NCBI RefSeq assembly: GCF_006345805.1
Contig: NC_043003.1
Coordinates: 58,900,001-58,964,000 of the forward strand
Reading direction: 5' to 3'
Source: Octopus sinensis
Lineage: Eukaryota
Length of the DNA stretch: 64,000 nucleotides
Shown: in pieces, positions 24,847 through 38,945 of the stretch
Layout of the letters: the number at the start of each line of letters is the position of its first letter
Position numbering within the stretch: position 1 is the stretch's first letter
The notes under the pieces: model-generated
What the model was told of the DNA's origin: nothing
Databases searched by the model: none
Seen by the model: the letters and a program-made list of their open reading frames with translations, nothing else
Program-made: the position numbers and the translations under genes

Positions 24847-25178
24847 TAAAGATATAAATTATGAGTTAGAGGTTATGCAACCGTCTACGGATAAATGTAT
24901 CCGTAGGCACTACTGGTGCATTACATAACTGTGTATATAGTAGTTGGTAATTTAAGGGTAACCATGGTTTAATACTCTTATCTTATCTGTGTATATATAT
25001 ATATATTATATATATATATATAATATATATACGATGTTTCCTGGGGCTAAATAACAGTAACAATCGTCTAACCATCTCTGCCACATTATATATATATATA
25101 TATATATATACGATGTTTCCTGGGGCTAAATAACAGTAACAATCGTCTAACAATCTCTGCTACATTATATATATATAT

Positions 25179-25223
<45 letters not shown>

Positions 25224-25585
25224 CAAGTAAAACGCCTCCCCCGTCCAATGGACGGTGCTGAGTTTTCAAACATTTAAACCAAATTTTCTGAAAATAACTT
25301 GTTCGACCGTCCCATAGGTTTCCCTTTTGAGAAACACTGATTTAACCTAAATCTGAGACACCAGCAAAAGACGGTTTACGACTGATGTACTTGCGCGTAC
25401 AAATACACGTCCCCACGGATTTATCGATCGCATTCTCACCTGGAGTCGATATTTGTAATTTTTTCAAGACTTATACACGCCCTGATACCGTCGGTATCTA
25501 CATATCAAATTTGAGCACAATCGGATGGAGGATGCCCGAGATCCTAGAAGACACACAGACAGACAGAACGGATTTTATAATATAT
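25224..25585 (-). mobile_element. Non-autonomous Helitron/HINE-like element
   Basis: Perfect hairpin CCGTCCA-A-TGGACGG (25241-25255) about 14 nt from a CTTG end on the minus strand; (ACAG)n and TTTTATAATATA at the other end; same layout as 12846-13237. Confidence 0.55.
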
Positions 25586-25600
25586 ATATATATGTGCGTG

Positions 25601-25645
<45 letters not shown>

Positions 25646-25660
25646 ATGTGTGTCTATGTA

Positions 25661-25710
<50 letters not shown>

Positions 25711-26854
25711 GTACACGCACGCACATACTGTAAGCTCTGCGAAAGCTCCCGTCTTGCAGGACATTGAAAGGCTATGGACATGAACTTCTTTCTCTAGATC
25801 AAACTTTAAAACAAACAAGTAAACAAAACAAAAAAGCAAGAAAGAAAATAAAAGAAAAAACAAACAAAAGTCTGTCGCTGGTGCTTCGGCTGTTGGAATT
25901 ACACTGGACATTATGTGAAAAAGGAAAAAAAAAGAAAAAATAACAAAGAAAAACATTAAAATAACTACTGATAATTGTCTCCATGTCTGCCACTTGAAAA
26001 AACTATTGATGAGCAGGTGTTAAAGAATGTTAAACACCTCAAGTGCACGATTTATCCCCCCATTGAAGAAAATTGAAGAAAATATGAATTGATCTCTATA
26101 GCAAGCCGTGCAAGTCGTACGAACACTTTACAATAAAGTAAGTCAGTAGTATTTATGAAAACAATGTAGATACGTAGAGTAATATCATTATATTATATAT
26201 CACGAACGATGTGATTATTATTATTATTATTACTATTATTATTGTTGTTGTTGCTGTTGTTGTCTGTTGGGATACGTTGGTAGGATAAATAAGCTACGTT
26301 CTCACAATTGAAAATAAGCAATGAGGTACAGTGAAGATCGACCTTGAGTCACCTCGGTTAGTGAAGCAGCAGAGGAAACGAGAAATTAATAGAGATATAC
26401 TAATGGGCTGACAATGCTTTATTGAAAGCATCACAATGGAAAGCCGTTTTTCAGATTTGTCTACTCAAAACCTCAACCGGGACGGAAAATGATTGTTTAA
26501 CCTTATGGCTATTGAAAAGTTTTGCTATTATTATATTTGGCTAATCTATAGTAAATATTTACTGTTCAAATACTCATACATTGTATCATATACATACGCC
26601 CCTCCTTCACTCTGCGTTAGTCACACACATGCAAATAAAAGCAACAACAACAACAACAACAGTAATAAAAATAATGATAATGATAACAACGAAGGGCAGT
26701 ATCGCCGTTAATCCTCCCTGAATTGTTGCTTTCTTTAAGTAAATTTACAACGTAAACTTATCGTGTATTATGGGGCGTGTGTATGGGTGTGTTCTTGTAC
26801 GCGTGATTGTGTGGGCGTATTTCAATGTGTGTATTATTTAGATGTACGGTCGCA

Positions 26855-26889
<35 letters not shown>

Positions 26890-27240
26890 ATTGTGTGTGC
26901 GTATTGTGTGTATGCACACACACACATGCGCGCACACACGCATACATATACACATAAACATACGCACATATGTTTGTGTGTGTGTTTATATATATATATA
27001 TATGTTTACATGCAGGCTCACATATATACATATATGTATATACATATACATACATACATACATATATGCATCTATGTACACACACAAGCACACACACATA
27101 CACATTCACATAAACATACGCACATATGCGTGTGTGTTTATATATATATATATAAATATGTGTACACATGCAGACTCACATATATACATATATACATACA
27201 CATACATACATACCTACATACATACATACATACATACATA

Positions 27241-27275
<35 letters not shown>

Positions 27276-27769
27276 TGCATATATGTACACATACAAACAT
27301 ACACACACATACACATAAACATACGCACATATGTGTGTGTGTTTATGTATATATATTTACATGCTGGCTCACATATATACATATATGTATATACATATAT
27401 GTACCTACACACAAACACACACACTCTCTCACACACATACACGCATACCCACACGTGCACGTGCACACATATATATGTGTGTGCATTAGCGCGTTTGTAT
27501 GTATGGCATCTTATAACTATATGTCCCTCTGCTCACAGTTTTGTTGTCTCTATGTTGTAATACCAACGTATGTGTGTAAATGTTTCTCTATATCGTGTGC
27601 TGCGTGTATTGCTGTTTGGGTAATTAATATACGCGAAACATGCGTATATTATTAAGTAGTGCCATTGTATTACTACATGTATTCAATACAATACCGTATA
27701 TCAGAGTTAAATGGAGCGTACATTCAATGAAAATTTACATGGTTGTCCATGTCTGCGTGTATAGATGTG

Positions 27770-27816
<47 letters not shown>

Positions 27817-27833
27817 TGTGTGTGTGTGTGTGG

Positions 27834-27868
<35 letters not shown>

Positions 27869-28850
27869 CGTGTTTGTAAGGTAATATCAACTTATATCTA
27901 TTTAAAATGTTAGTGTAGGATTGTAAACACGAAGAGGACATTGTCACGGTAAGTATGTAAGCAAATAACCTTTCAACACAGGTGTACTGCTAAAGTTGAC
28001 CTTTTTATATTTTTTTTATGTACAGGGCGAACGTTTCCTAAATCTTATACACAAGTAAGTTGTAGTAAACTGCTTTATGTCTGACGAGAAACTGTCAATG
28101 TGTGTAATTGGACTTAATCAGGTATAAAAACCTATAGAAGACGTGCTGTCGTTGTGTATTCATTGGTTGAGGCTGGTGTTGCCTTCTTGCGCTGATTCAA
28201 CGTGGTTAACACCAAGTATGTTTAACACCGAGCAGTAACGTTCCTTAGAGATGCAGTGACCCTTCTAGAAAGGTGTAAACGTATATGAAGACCCTTTCAG
28301 AGTAATTTGTTACTATTTAATAGACGTCTTTCCGCTAAAAGCCGATTTAAGTCTTTCATTCATAATGCAGGCTGGCAGAGGAATTGTCAGAGAGTTAATT
28401 TATCAAAAAAAAAAAAAAAGAGAAAAGGATAATATAAAATAAAATGACACAAAAATAGACGATCTACCTAATGGACAGCCTTATTTAAACATGGCTCAGA
28501 GCTAGCGAAAGGAATAACAATTATAAAACACACAGATAAGTAATGCATCTGTTTAACTTTGACACGTTCATTAAGACATTTCTGTGAATAGACAAGAACA
28601 TGCATTCAACAACATAAACTTTGTCACAGAGACGTATAATCGCTGAAAGTGGTTGGCTAAAGTACAAAAGAGCACTACTCACTACTTAGCATTTTGTATG
28701 TGTGTATGCATGCATGCATGTATGTATGTATGTATGTATGTATGTAGATATATATATGTATATATGTATGTATGTAGATATATATATGTGTGTATTTACA
28801 TATACTTGTATTTATACTAATATATACATACACATACATACCTACATACA

Positions 28851-28964
<114 letters not shown>

Positions 28965-29383
28965 ATTTTTATTATTTCGTTAATGTTTTGTTCTGTTTAT
29001 ATCGCCATTAAGTATTTCTATTGGATTAAGCTATTCTATTGCTAAATACAAATATGCAGCACATTTTTATTAGGAAACAAAAGTACAGACGGTGATCTCA
29101 GTACAATAAGCTATCAACAACTACAAGGAAATATTCATATATTCATTCTGAATTCACCAAAATTTAAGAAACTATTGCAAAGGGCAAAATAGTTTGTTGT
29201 GATGTTCAAGCTAACTCGCATTAACGATTTAAGGGACTCAATATAACTACGAACAGGAAACAAAATAAAGCCACAGATTTCGTTCGCCAAAAGAGTACAA
29301 GTGTTTGACCAAACTCGCCTCAAGATTATAATAAATAAAATATAATATCGATTACTTCAGTTTTTTTTTTTCATATTTACCCA

Positions 29384-30093
29384 TAGGCGCCGCTGTGTGG
29401 TAAGAAGTTTGCTTAACAAACGCATGGTTTCAGGTTCAGTCTCATTGCGTGGCACCTTAGGCAATTGTCTTCTAATATAGCCTCTATAGCTCTGCATATA
29501 TATTTCTTTACTGCCCACAAGGGGCTAAACATAGAGGGGACAAACAAGGACATACGAAGGGATTGAGTCGATTATATCGTCCCCAGTGCGAAACTGGTAC
29601 TTTATTTATCGACCCCGAAAGGATGAAAGGCAAAGTTGACCTCGGCGGAATTTGAACTCAGAACGTAACGACAGACGAAATACCGCTAAGCATTTCGCCC
29701 GGCGCGCTAACGTGTCTGCCAGCTCGTCCCAACCACCGCGTGATAACCGGTGTTTGTTTGTCTACGCCCTGAAATTTAGCGTTTAGGTAAAAAAAAATAA
29801 GTACTGGGTTAGAAATAAGTACTGGGATTGATTTTTTCATCTAAACACTTCAAGGCGGTGTCCCAGAATGGCCACAGTCCAATCATTTCTACTACAAGCA
29901 CAAGGAATGGATTTTGTGGGGAGGGGAACAGTAGTTTACATCGACCCCAGTACTCAACCTAATTTATCGACTCCGAGAGGATAAAATGCAAAGTCGACCT
30001 CGGCGGAATTTGAACTCACAAGGTACTGACGGGCAAAATACCGCTAACGATCCTATCAGCTCGCTGCCTTTAGAATGGCCACGGTCTAATGAT
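29384..30093. mobile_element. S1 SINE (+) carrying two nested S2 SINEs (-, 29500-29727 and 29887-30071)
   Basis: The second insert has a ~22-bp TSD AGAATGGCCACAGTCCAATCAT / AGAATGGCCACGGTCTAATGAT inside the S1 tail. Confidence 0.8.
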
Positions 30094-30229
30094 AGTAAAA
30101 TATAGAAGATATGTTACAAAATGATAGCTTCTATATTTGGGTGTATCGATTTTACTGTAATTATTTTATTGATTTTTACGTTATTTTTTCTCAATATATT
30201 AATAGGTTTGGATGTCACGAGCCCTGGGA

Positions 30230-30445
30230 TTCATGAGACTGGACCTTAACCCGGTCTCTATGGCCTATAATTGATTGAGGTCACACTACTCCCATCTGAA
30301 TGGAACACCGGTCCCTGGCAAGGTTAACTTCCCAGCTATTGGTGGAACTCATTTACAAATGGGTGTAATGGGGCAACGTGAAATCAAGTACTTGCTCAAG
30401 AACACAACGCATCGCCCTGTCTGGGAATCGAAACCACGATCTGAG
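30230..30445 (-). mobile_element. CORE-like SINE S3-related fragment
   Basis: Minus strand GGTTTCGATTCCC...GTTGTGTTCTTGAGCAAGTACTT...TGTAAATGAGT. Confidence 0.65.
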
Positions 30446-30531
30446 TTCAATACCACTAGCCTTCTTGGTATTTGATAGAGAAAACTAAACACTGATTACT
30501 AATTTTCTATATAGGTCTAATGAAACAAATA

Positions 30532-30904
30532 TTCTTTTCTACTCTAGGCACAAGGCCCGAACGTTTTGGGGAGGGGGATAGTTAATTAGATGGGCCCCAG
30601 TACGTAACTGGTACTTAATTTATCGACTCCGAAAGGATGAAAAGCAAAGTCAGCCTCGGCGGAATTTGAACTCAGAACGTAAAAATTGGCGAAATACCTA
30701 TTTCTTTACTACCCACAAGGGGCTAAACACAGAGAGGACAAACAAGGACAGACAAACGGATTAAGTCGATTACATCGACTCCAGTGAGTAACTGGCAGTT
30801 ATTTAATCGTCCCCGAAAGGATGAAAGGCGAAGTCGACCTCGGCGGAATTTGAACTCAGAACGTAGCGGCAGACGAAATACCGCTAAGCATTTTGCTCGG
30901 CGTG
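30532..30904 (-). mobile_element. S2 SINE dimer
   Basis: Two cores joined at the recurrent GAAATAC|CTATTTCTTT junction (~30692-30710). Confidence 0.85.
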
Positions 30905-31175
30905 TTTATTCTTTTACAATACACAAAATATTTTAACAATTTTGTTATATAATTCGTAATAATATTTAACAGTAAAATGTTTTAAAACATCGAATGTTTA
31001 TGGGAGTTCAGTTGAGTAAACTAGGAACCAAAGGAGTCCCTATGCAAAAATGAATGAGAAGCACCAGTATAGAATTATAATGCACAAACTGCCGTACCAT
31101 TTAGACAGTAGGATGTGATATGAAAAAAAATCTATTCCATCCATTTTCTCTGCCTATCATTCCCAAGAGGGGTCG

Positions 31176-31600
31176 TAGGCGCAGGAGTGACTGTGTGGTA
31201 AGTAGCTTGCTTACCAACCACATGGTTCCGGGTTCAGACCCACTGCGTGGCACCTTGGGCAAGTGTCTTCTACTATAGCCTCAGGCCAACCAAAGCCTTG
31301 TGAGTGGATTTGGTAGACGGAAACTGAAAGAAGCCCGTCGTATATATATATATGTATATATATATATATGTATGTGTGTGTGTTTGTGTGTCTGTGTTTG
31401 TCCCCCCCAACATTGTTTGACAACCGATGCTGGTGTGTTTATGTCCCCGTTACTTAGCGGTTCGGCAAAAGAAATCGATAGAATAAGTACTGGGCTTACA
31501 AAGAATAAGTCCCGGGGTCGAATCGCTCGACTAAAGGCGGTGCTCCAGCATGGCCGCAGTCAACTGACTGAAACAAGTAAAAGTGTAAAAGAGTAAGAGA
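31176..31600 (+). mobile_element. Full-length SINE S1 (reference copy)
   Basis: tRNA-like A/B boxes, CORE-like CACCTTGGGCAAGTGTCTT, internal (TA)n(GT)n, tail CCAGCATGGCCGCAGTCAACTGACTGAAACAAGTAAAAG. Confidence 0.92.
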
Positions 31601-31621
31601 GTGAGTCTTCAGAAACTTCAT

Positions 31622-31840
31622 CTATAGGGTTCCATCGGAAGCAGCCGTCGTTACACTTCCCGACAGATTTCTCAAGCATGACCAAACTGAAAAAATATTG
31701 ATATCATCCAACCATCTCGTTCTTGATGTAGTCTTAGGTTTCCTGCCGGCTGATTCTGCTTGAGGAATCCGTCTTGCGATCCTTTCCTGTCCCATTTTTA
31801 AGACGATATCTAGCATGCATTGAATCGATTCGCTGCCGAG
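31622..31840 (-). mobile_element. RTE-type LINE 3' ORF remnant
   Basis: VLKMGQERIARRIPQAESAGRKPKTTSRTRWLDDI resembles the RTE C-terminal GHV.RM...R......G.R..GRP..RW.D.I motif. Confidence 0.65.
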
Positions 31841-32110
31841 TGTTACAAGTCAGGGATGAGAACTAAGTCTTGCAAATATATGAAAGACATTTGGTCTCTA
31901 CACTACGACGTTAATTCATTTGTTTGTAATTTCAAACTTGGCAGAAATGACAAAGCATCAGACTAACTGTCTCAATATATTTTAGTATATCTATAAGCTG
32001 TGATCCACTTTAGAAAAGTACCATTTATATGTTAGCGTTGCATTCATCAACAGTATCTTGTATCGCCTATAAAAAGTGGTCGTGTGTTTAATTAAAGGAA
32101 GTTACTTGGA

Positions 32111-32607
<497 letters not shown>

Positions 32608-32877
32608 ATCATCTAACCAACTTCTATCAAGTAAACAACCTCAGTTAAGAAGATTCAGTGTGGTTGGCCTCAAACCTAGGAACAGTACTTCCATTTTATC
32701 TTTGTTACCAATATCTTATTATATGCGACACAAGTTCATACACCGATACTTTACATATACACAGGTCTTTATTGAACCCAGTGTACGAGTGTATTGTCTA
32801 AAACAACGGTTCCCAACTTATAAGGCAGAGCATAAATCTTTTACTTTTGAATCAGAATCATAAATTATTCTACCCTA

Positions 32878-33045
32878 GGAATATTTGGATTGCTTCCCAA
32901 CAAAATGGTTCCAAGCTCAGTCTCCTCGTCTCCTCATTGCGTGGCACCTTGGACAAGTGTCTTCTAGTTTTGCCTTGGGCCGACCAAAGCCTTGTGAGTG
33001 GATTTGGTAGACAGAAACTGAAAAAAGCCCGTCGTATATATGTGT

Positions 33046-33086
<41 letters not shown>

Positions 33087-33290
33087 CGTATGTGTGTGTA
33101 TATGTTTGTGCGTCTGTGTTTGTTGCCGCAACAACGCTTGATAACCAATGCTAGTGTGTTTACGTCCCCGTAACTTAGCGGTTCGGCAAAAGAGAACAAT
33201 AGAATAAGTACTAGGCTTACAAAGAATAAGTCGGTGCTCCAGCATGGCCACAGTCAAATGACTGAAACAATTAAAAGAGTTAAAAGAGAG
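32878..33290 (+). mobile_element. SINE S1 with degenerate head
   Basis: Matches S1 core and tail. Confidence 0.85.
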
Positions 33291-33767
33291 TAATTTATTG
33301 AACATAAATTTTAAGAACAAAATCTTACATGGATCAATGTTCCAGACGCACAAAATAAAAGAGATGCTCACAGATGGAATGTCTTTAATCACAGGTCTGT
33401 TTAAACAGACCAGGGCTAAACAACACCTGTATTCAATTAATTTAGTAGCAGTTTACAGCAGCAAAAAGCGGTTTATTTAATAACTAGTTTCTACTACTTT
33501 TGCCTCGTTGTTAATCTCTCGTGGAAAAGCAATATTACAGCTTCAGTTGCAGGCCTCTGTATTTCTAATTGAATACCCGGCACTTGAGTTGCTACCAACA
33601 GAAACGTACCAAAAATAATGAAAGTGGGTAGACGAAGTGGGTAAGATATACAATAACATTGACGGGACAGCATCGTGAAAAAAAAAAGATTAGAATAGCA
33701 ATACAGGGTTAGAAAGTAAGATAGTGAGATAGATAGATATATAGGTAGATAGGAATAGATGCATAGG

Positions 33768-33822
<55 letters not shown>

Positions 33823-33826
<4 letters not shown>

Positions 33827-34203
33827 ATCCAAACAAGAAAGTACAAAAAAACACAACAACGCGAGGACGTGGAACAAATATAGTATTATTGGACGCTCAG
33901 GAAAGAAGGAAAGAAGGAGGGTTTAACGTTTCAAGCGGAGCTCTTCGTCGGAAACAGAGGAGAAGGAAAGATCCAGAGAAGGGAAGACAGAGGAAAAAAA
34001 AATCGCCAACGGTACACACGCGGTCTTTTCTCTCCTTGTTTCTTTCCGTGTTTCTTTTCTGTGTGTCTTTCTGTTGAAGAGCGTAGGCTCGAAACGTAAA
34101 AGACTTGTTTTATTTATATTCCTGTGCGTCATACTAATACAATTGTTTGTTTGTATTCCACCTGCCTTCGTCTTTTGTTTATTTTCATAAAGCTTCCCGT
34201 TAC
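33823..34203. mobile_element. Divergent fusion of a P2 element (-, 33823-34025) and a P1 element (+, 34026-34203), each with an HHR-like motif
   Basis: Minus 33921-33955: GTTT-CCGACGA-A-GAGC(TCC)GCTT-GAA-AC-GT-T-AAAC. Plus 34065-34104: GTCTTT-CTGTTGA-A-GAGC(GTAG)GCTC-GAA-AC-GT-A-AAAGAC. Confidence 0.75.
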
Positions 34204-34225
34204 ATATAGAGATAGATAGATAAAT

Positions 34226-34265
<40 letters not shown>

Positions 34266-36101
34266 CAGAAGAGATTTGAAAGAGAGAGAAAAGGATGGGA
34301 GTGAAAGAGAAAACTGAGTAATTTTGAATCTTTATGAGAAAAAGCTCATCTGAATATTAGAGAAATGAAAAGATTAAATAAATAAATAAATTACACACAC
34401 ATGCATACACAAGAGGAGTGTTTTGTGTGTTAGCGCGTGTATATGTGTGTTTGTATGTGTGTTTGTATGTGTGTGTATGTGTGTGTATGTGAGAACAAGT
34501 GAGAATATGATACAAAAGTAATTATTTGAGAAAGAGCGGCTCAAATGGAAAATATTCGAAGGTAGTGACGACGTTGCTGGTTATCCTGATTGTTACTGCT
34601 GTTGTTGAGGTGTTGTGTTGGCAATAGTTTTGGCAAGGGACGTGATGATGGTGGTGGATACGTTCTCCCTTGTTTGTTTATTTGTTTATTTGTTGTCGAA
34701 GTCAAGTGGCATGACAGCTATCATGCTTGCATCGGGTTAGCTGTTAAGCTGCTCCACCAGGACTAACTGGGCCACCAGATATAAATGACTGGGCTAAGAA
34801 GCCATCCCGCATACGCACTACATAACCAATGAAACCGTTTAAGGTTTGCACCTGCTTAAAACACTTGAGAAGTTTTCATCGTATTGTTTAAGAAAACAAA
34901 GATCTGTATGAGCGAAGCAGGAGTTGTTTCCATTTAGTTTGGCCTTCGTTAAGAGGATGTAAGAGGAATTGTCGCTTTGACGTAAACGCACCTAAGTGGA
35001 AGAAGGATGCATACAAGTGCAAGCGTGGTTCTCTATTATTAAATAGTTTAGTTTGTTCTTTATTCTACTAATGGTCATTGCATTATCTTAATATGATATT
35101 TGTGGTCTCCTTGCTACACGGTGCCCTCTTCAATGTCGCTCACCTGACAGCTACTACTAGTACTTGCAGAAACATTATAAGTGAAGCTGAGTGGTGTCGG
35201 AGTGGAGCCAAGGACAAGTGTTTATAACTGTAGATGCTGGGCCGGTTCTATTTAACAGCAGATTTAAAAAATATATATAATAATAGGGGAGAAGAAACTA
35301 TTTTTCTCGTGTAAATTTAGACACTTCAGTGACGTATTGTTGCTTGGAGAATTCTGCCATGAAATTCGATTACACATGAAAAATTAGAAATTTTCAGCGG
35401 AAAGTTATTTCATTTTAAATATTTGATAAGCTTTCTACAATTTCTAAAATTTGAATAAGAAATGCATTTCCTACATCAACGAACATCGATGAGACGCTTA
35501 CGGATATATACTTCATTAGTAGTTATTTTAATACAGGAAATAACAAGAAAATATTAAATATAATTCTATAACTAAAGGCATGGTTTAAATATGTAAAAAT
35601 ATCAATTATCTTGATCTGTTTCTATTATATATTTATATTTAACTTCATAAATGGCTTCAAATTACTTCGCTAGAAATGTATAAACACTTCGTGTCATTGT
35701 AATTAAGATTCAGTTGATGATTGCCAAGCTTCACTTTATCATGACAAAAATATCTCATATTGCTAATCAAAGGGTCAAATGTTCGTATACTAGTGTTGCA
35801 TGGCGCAAATGATTTAGGGAATAGACCCCGGTTTAATAGCACCACCTTGCCTTTGGATAACTTTATCGCTGACTACCTCTTGTAGGCATTCAGGTCAAAT
35901 CTCTGGTTTGAGGTTAACTTCCAATCTCCCACTAGCCTTTGAGACTAAGTAAAGAGTCGAAGGCATTACCCTTCAGCCTCTGATTAAGTCATTAAAAGAA
36001 AAGAAAAATGCTTAAACTACTTAACTCTTATTGATAACATCGATTAGATTACAAAGAGGCAAAATGAGTAAGATGTTCGAAGCATTAACGAGTATAGACA
36101 C

Positions 36102-36481
36102 AGGCGAGGCCGTGTGGTAAGATGCTTGCTTCCCAATCAAATGGCTTCGGGTTCAGTCCAACTGCGTGGAACTTTGGGGAAGGGCCTTCTACTATAGCCT
36201 CGGGCCTACCAAAACCCCCGTGAGTGGATTTGGTAGATAGAAACCGAAAGAAGCCTGTCATATATATATTTGTGTGTATGTCTGTATTTATCCCCCAGCC
36301 ATCACTTGACAACTGATGCTGGCGTGTTTATGTCCCCCGTAACTTAGCGGTTCAGCAAAAAATACCAAATAAGTACTAGGCTTACAAAGAATAAGTCCTC
36401 TGGTCGATTTCTTCGACTAAAAGCCTTTTAAGACGATGCACCAGCATGGCATCAGTCAAAAGGCTGAAACAAGTAAAAGAA
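36102..36481 (+). mobile_element. SINE S1
   Basis: Matches the S1 consensus with a short internal repeat. Confidence 0.85.
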
Positions 36482-36580
36482 TTTCCTTGAATTAATGTGT
36501 TGACATAAAATACTTATATGGGTTCAACTGTTATGCTAGTGAACAAATATTGGCTTGTATCATCATATATAAATAGCTAG

Positions 36581-36801
36581 AAGACGGCGAGCTGGCAGAA
36601 CCGGGCGAAATGCGTAGCCGTATTTCGTCTGCCGTTACGTTCTGGGTTCAAATTCCGCCGAGGTCGACTTTGCCTTTCATCCTTTCGGGGTCGATAAATT
36701 AAGTACCAGTTACGTACTGGGGTCGATGTAATCGACTTAATCCGTTTGTCTGTCCTTGTTTGTCCCCTCTGTGTTTAGCCCCTTGTGGGTAATAAGGAAA
36801 T
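36581..36801 (+). mobile_element. S2 SINE (tRNA head, Nin/Deu-like core, tail A) with 16-bp TSD
   Basis: TSD ATATATAAATAGCTAG at 36565-36580 and 36802-36817. Confidence 0.92.
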
Positions 36802-36984
36802 ATATATAAATAGCTAGAGTAATAAAACAATCGAATATAATTTCGTTATTCAAAGTAGATTCGAAACGAAGTAGTGAATTGTCGAGAAGATAAATCTGAA
36901 TTCAGATGCTGCTCCTTTTAATGTTGACGTTTGAACAAGACTTCAGACGATCATCACTTTTAAGTGATACGAACGAAAAACAAA

Positions 36985-38171
36985 GTTGTTAATATTCCAG
37001 TTTCCATAACTATATTATCAATGTATGATTTATGTTGGATGTGACATCAGCACTGCAATATTGACTCGTGTTCTGTTTTTAAGTCAATTAGGAGAGGAGA
37101 TGTATCCAAAAGTGATATAAATACTTAAACAGTCATTTAATTCATCTTAAGCCTTATGTCGCAAATTAAAATTTTGTAGATCCCCATTCTGGAGGTTATT
37201 TAAGTAAGGGCTAAGGACGGCAAGTTGGCAGAAAAGGCGGCGAAATGGCAGAAACGTTACCACGCCAGGCGAAATGCTTAGCGGTATTTCGTCTGCCGCT
37301 ACGTTCTGAGTTCAAATTCTACCGAGGTCGACTTTGCCCTTCATCCTTTCGGGGTCGATTAAATAAGCACCAGTTACGCACTGGAGTCGATATAATCGAC
37401 TTAATCCGTTTGTCTGTCCTTGTTTGTCTCCTCTGTGTGTAGCTCCTTGTGGGAAGTAAAGAAATAAGAAACATTAACAAGCCGGGCAAAATGCTTAGCG
37501 TTATTTCGTCTGCCGTTACTTTGTGAGTTCAAATTCCGCCGAGGTCGACTTTGCCTTTCATTCTTTCGGGGTCGATTAAATAAGTACCAGTTACGCACTG
37601 GGGTCGATATAATCGACTTAATCCGTTTGTCTGTCCTTGTTTGTCCCCTCTGTGTTTAAACCCTTGTGGGTAGTAAAGAAATAGGTATTTCGTCTGCCGT
37701 TATGTTCTGAGTTCAAATTCCGCCGAGGTCGACTCTGTCTTTCATCCTTTCGGAGTCGATAAATTAAGTACCAGTTGCATACTGGGGTCGATCTATTCGG
37801 CTGGCCCCCTCCCCAAAAATTTCAGGCCTTGTGCCAAAAGTAGAAAAGTATATAAATAAGGGCTGTTGAACGTAGAGATAAGTTCAACTTTAAAAGACTT
37901 TCTAGAATGAATTAATAGACTCCAGCAAGTCCTTAGATATGAATCCAGGACTTCCTTATATGCACCTTTCTGCGAAAATTAACTAACTGATGTTCCTGCT
38001 GATGTCAGTCACGTTAATCTCACCAATCTGGAGCCCTGCATATGTCATCAACACTACACCTCTCCCAATTGACTTAAAAACAGAACACGCGTCAATATTG
38101 CAGTGCTGATGTCATATCCAACATAAATCATACATTGATAATATAGTTAGGTGAACTGGAATATTAACAGC
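36985..38171. repeat. Long-range inverted repeat (~115-bp arms at ~36985-37098 and ~38058-38171)
   Basis: TAATATTCCAG..TAACTATATTATCAATGTATGATTTATGTTGGAT.TGACATCAGCACTGCAATATTGAC is mirrored about 960 bp downstream. Confidence 0.85.
37213..37852 (+). mobile_element. Trimeric S2 SINE with a single flanking TSD
   Basis: Three cores; TAAGTAAGGGCT (37201-37212) and TAAATAAGGGCT (37853-37864). Confidence 0.85.
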
Positions 38172-38503
38172 TAAATGTCAATGCGATGAATACAGCACCG
38201 GGCTTGTGATATGATGCTGATATTTTAGCCACTTGTCCCTAATTCTATCTACTTATCCATCTGTGTGTATTACCTCTTATATTCAGCTCTGATAGTGTAT
38301 TAGCCAACAGTACATTGTCAGACATTATTTTTATAGCCATAACAGCAAATAACTTGAGTTAGCTTTAAAATGGTTGCTTGAGCTGAAAGAGTTAAGGGCT
38401 AAAATCTGCTAAAAATCATACTGTAAATCCTTTGAATACATTTGATTACATAATTCAAGATGATATGTGTTCAAAAACAAAAACAGAATGGGTAGTCTTT
38501 TAA

Positions 38504-38729
38504 TCTTTTACTTGTTTCAGGTCATTTGACTGCGCCCATGCTGGAGCACCGCCTTTAGTCGAGAAAATCTACCCCAGGACTTATTCTTTGTAAGCCTAGT
38601 ACTTATTCTATCGTTCTCTTTTGCCGAACCGCTAAGTTACGGGGACGTAAACACGCCAGCATCGGTTGTCAAGCGATGTTGGGGGACAAACAGATACACA
38701 AACATATACATACACGTACACACACACAC

Positions 38730-38786
<57 letters not shown>

Positions 38787-38945
38787 CGATGGGCTTCTTT
38801 CAGTTTCCGTCTACCAAATCCACTCACAAAGCTTTGGTCGGACCGAGGCTATAGTAGAAGCCACTTTCCCAAGGTGCCACGCAGTGGGACTGAACCCGGA
38901 ACCATGTGGTTGGTAAGCAAGCAACTTACCACAAAGCCACTCCTA
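38504..38945 (-). mobile_element. Full-length SINE S1
   Basis: Reverse complement of the S1 consensus. Confidence 0.9.
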
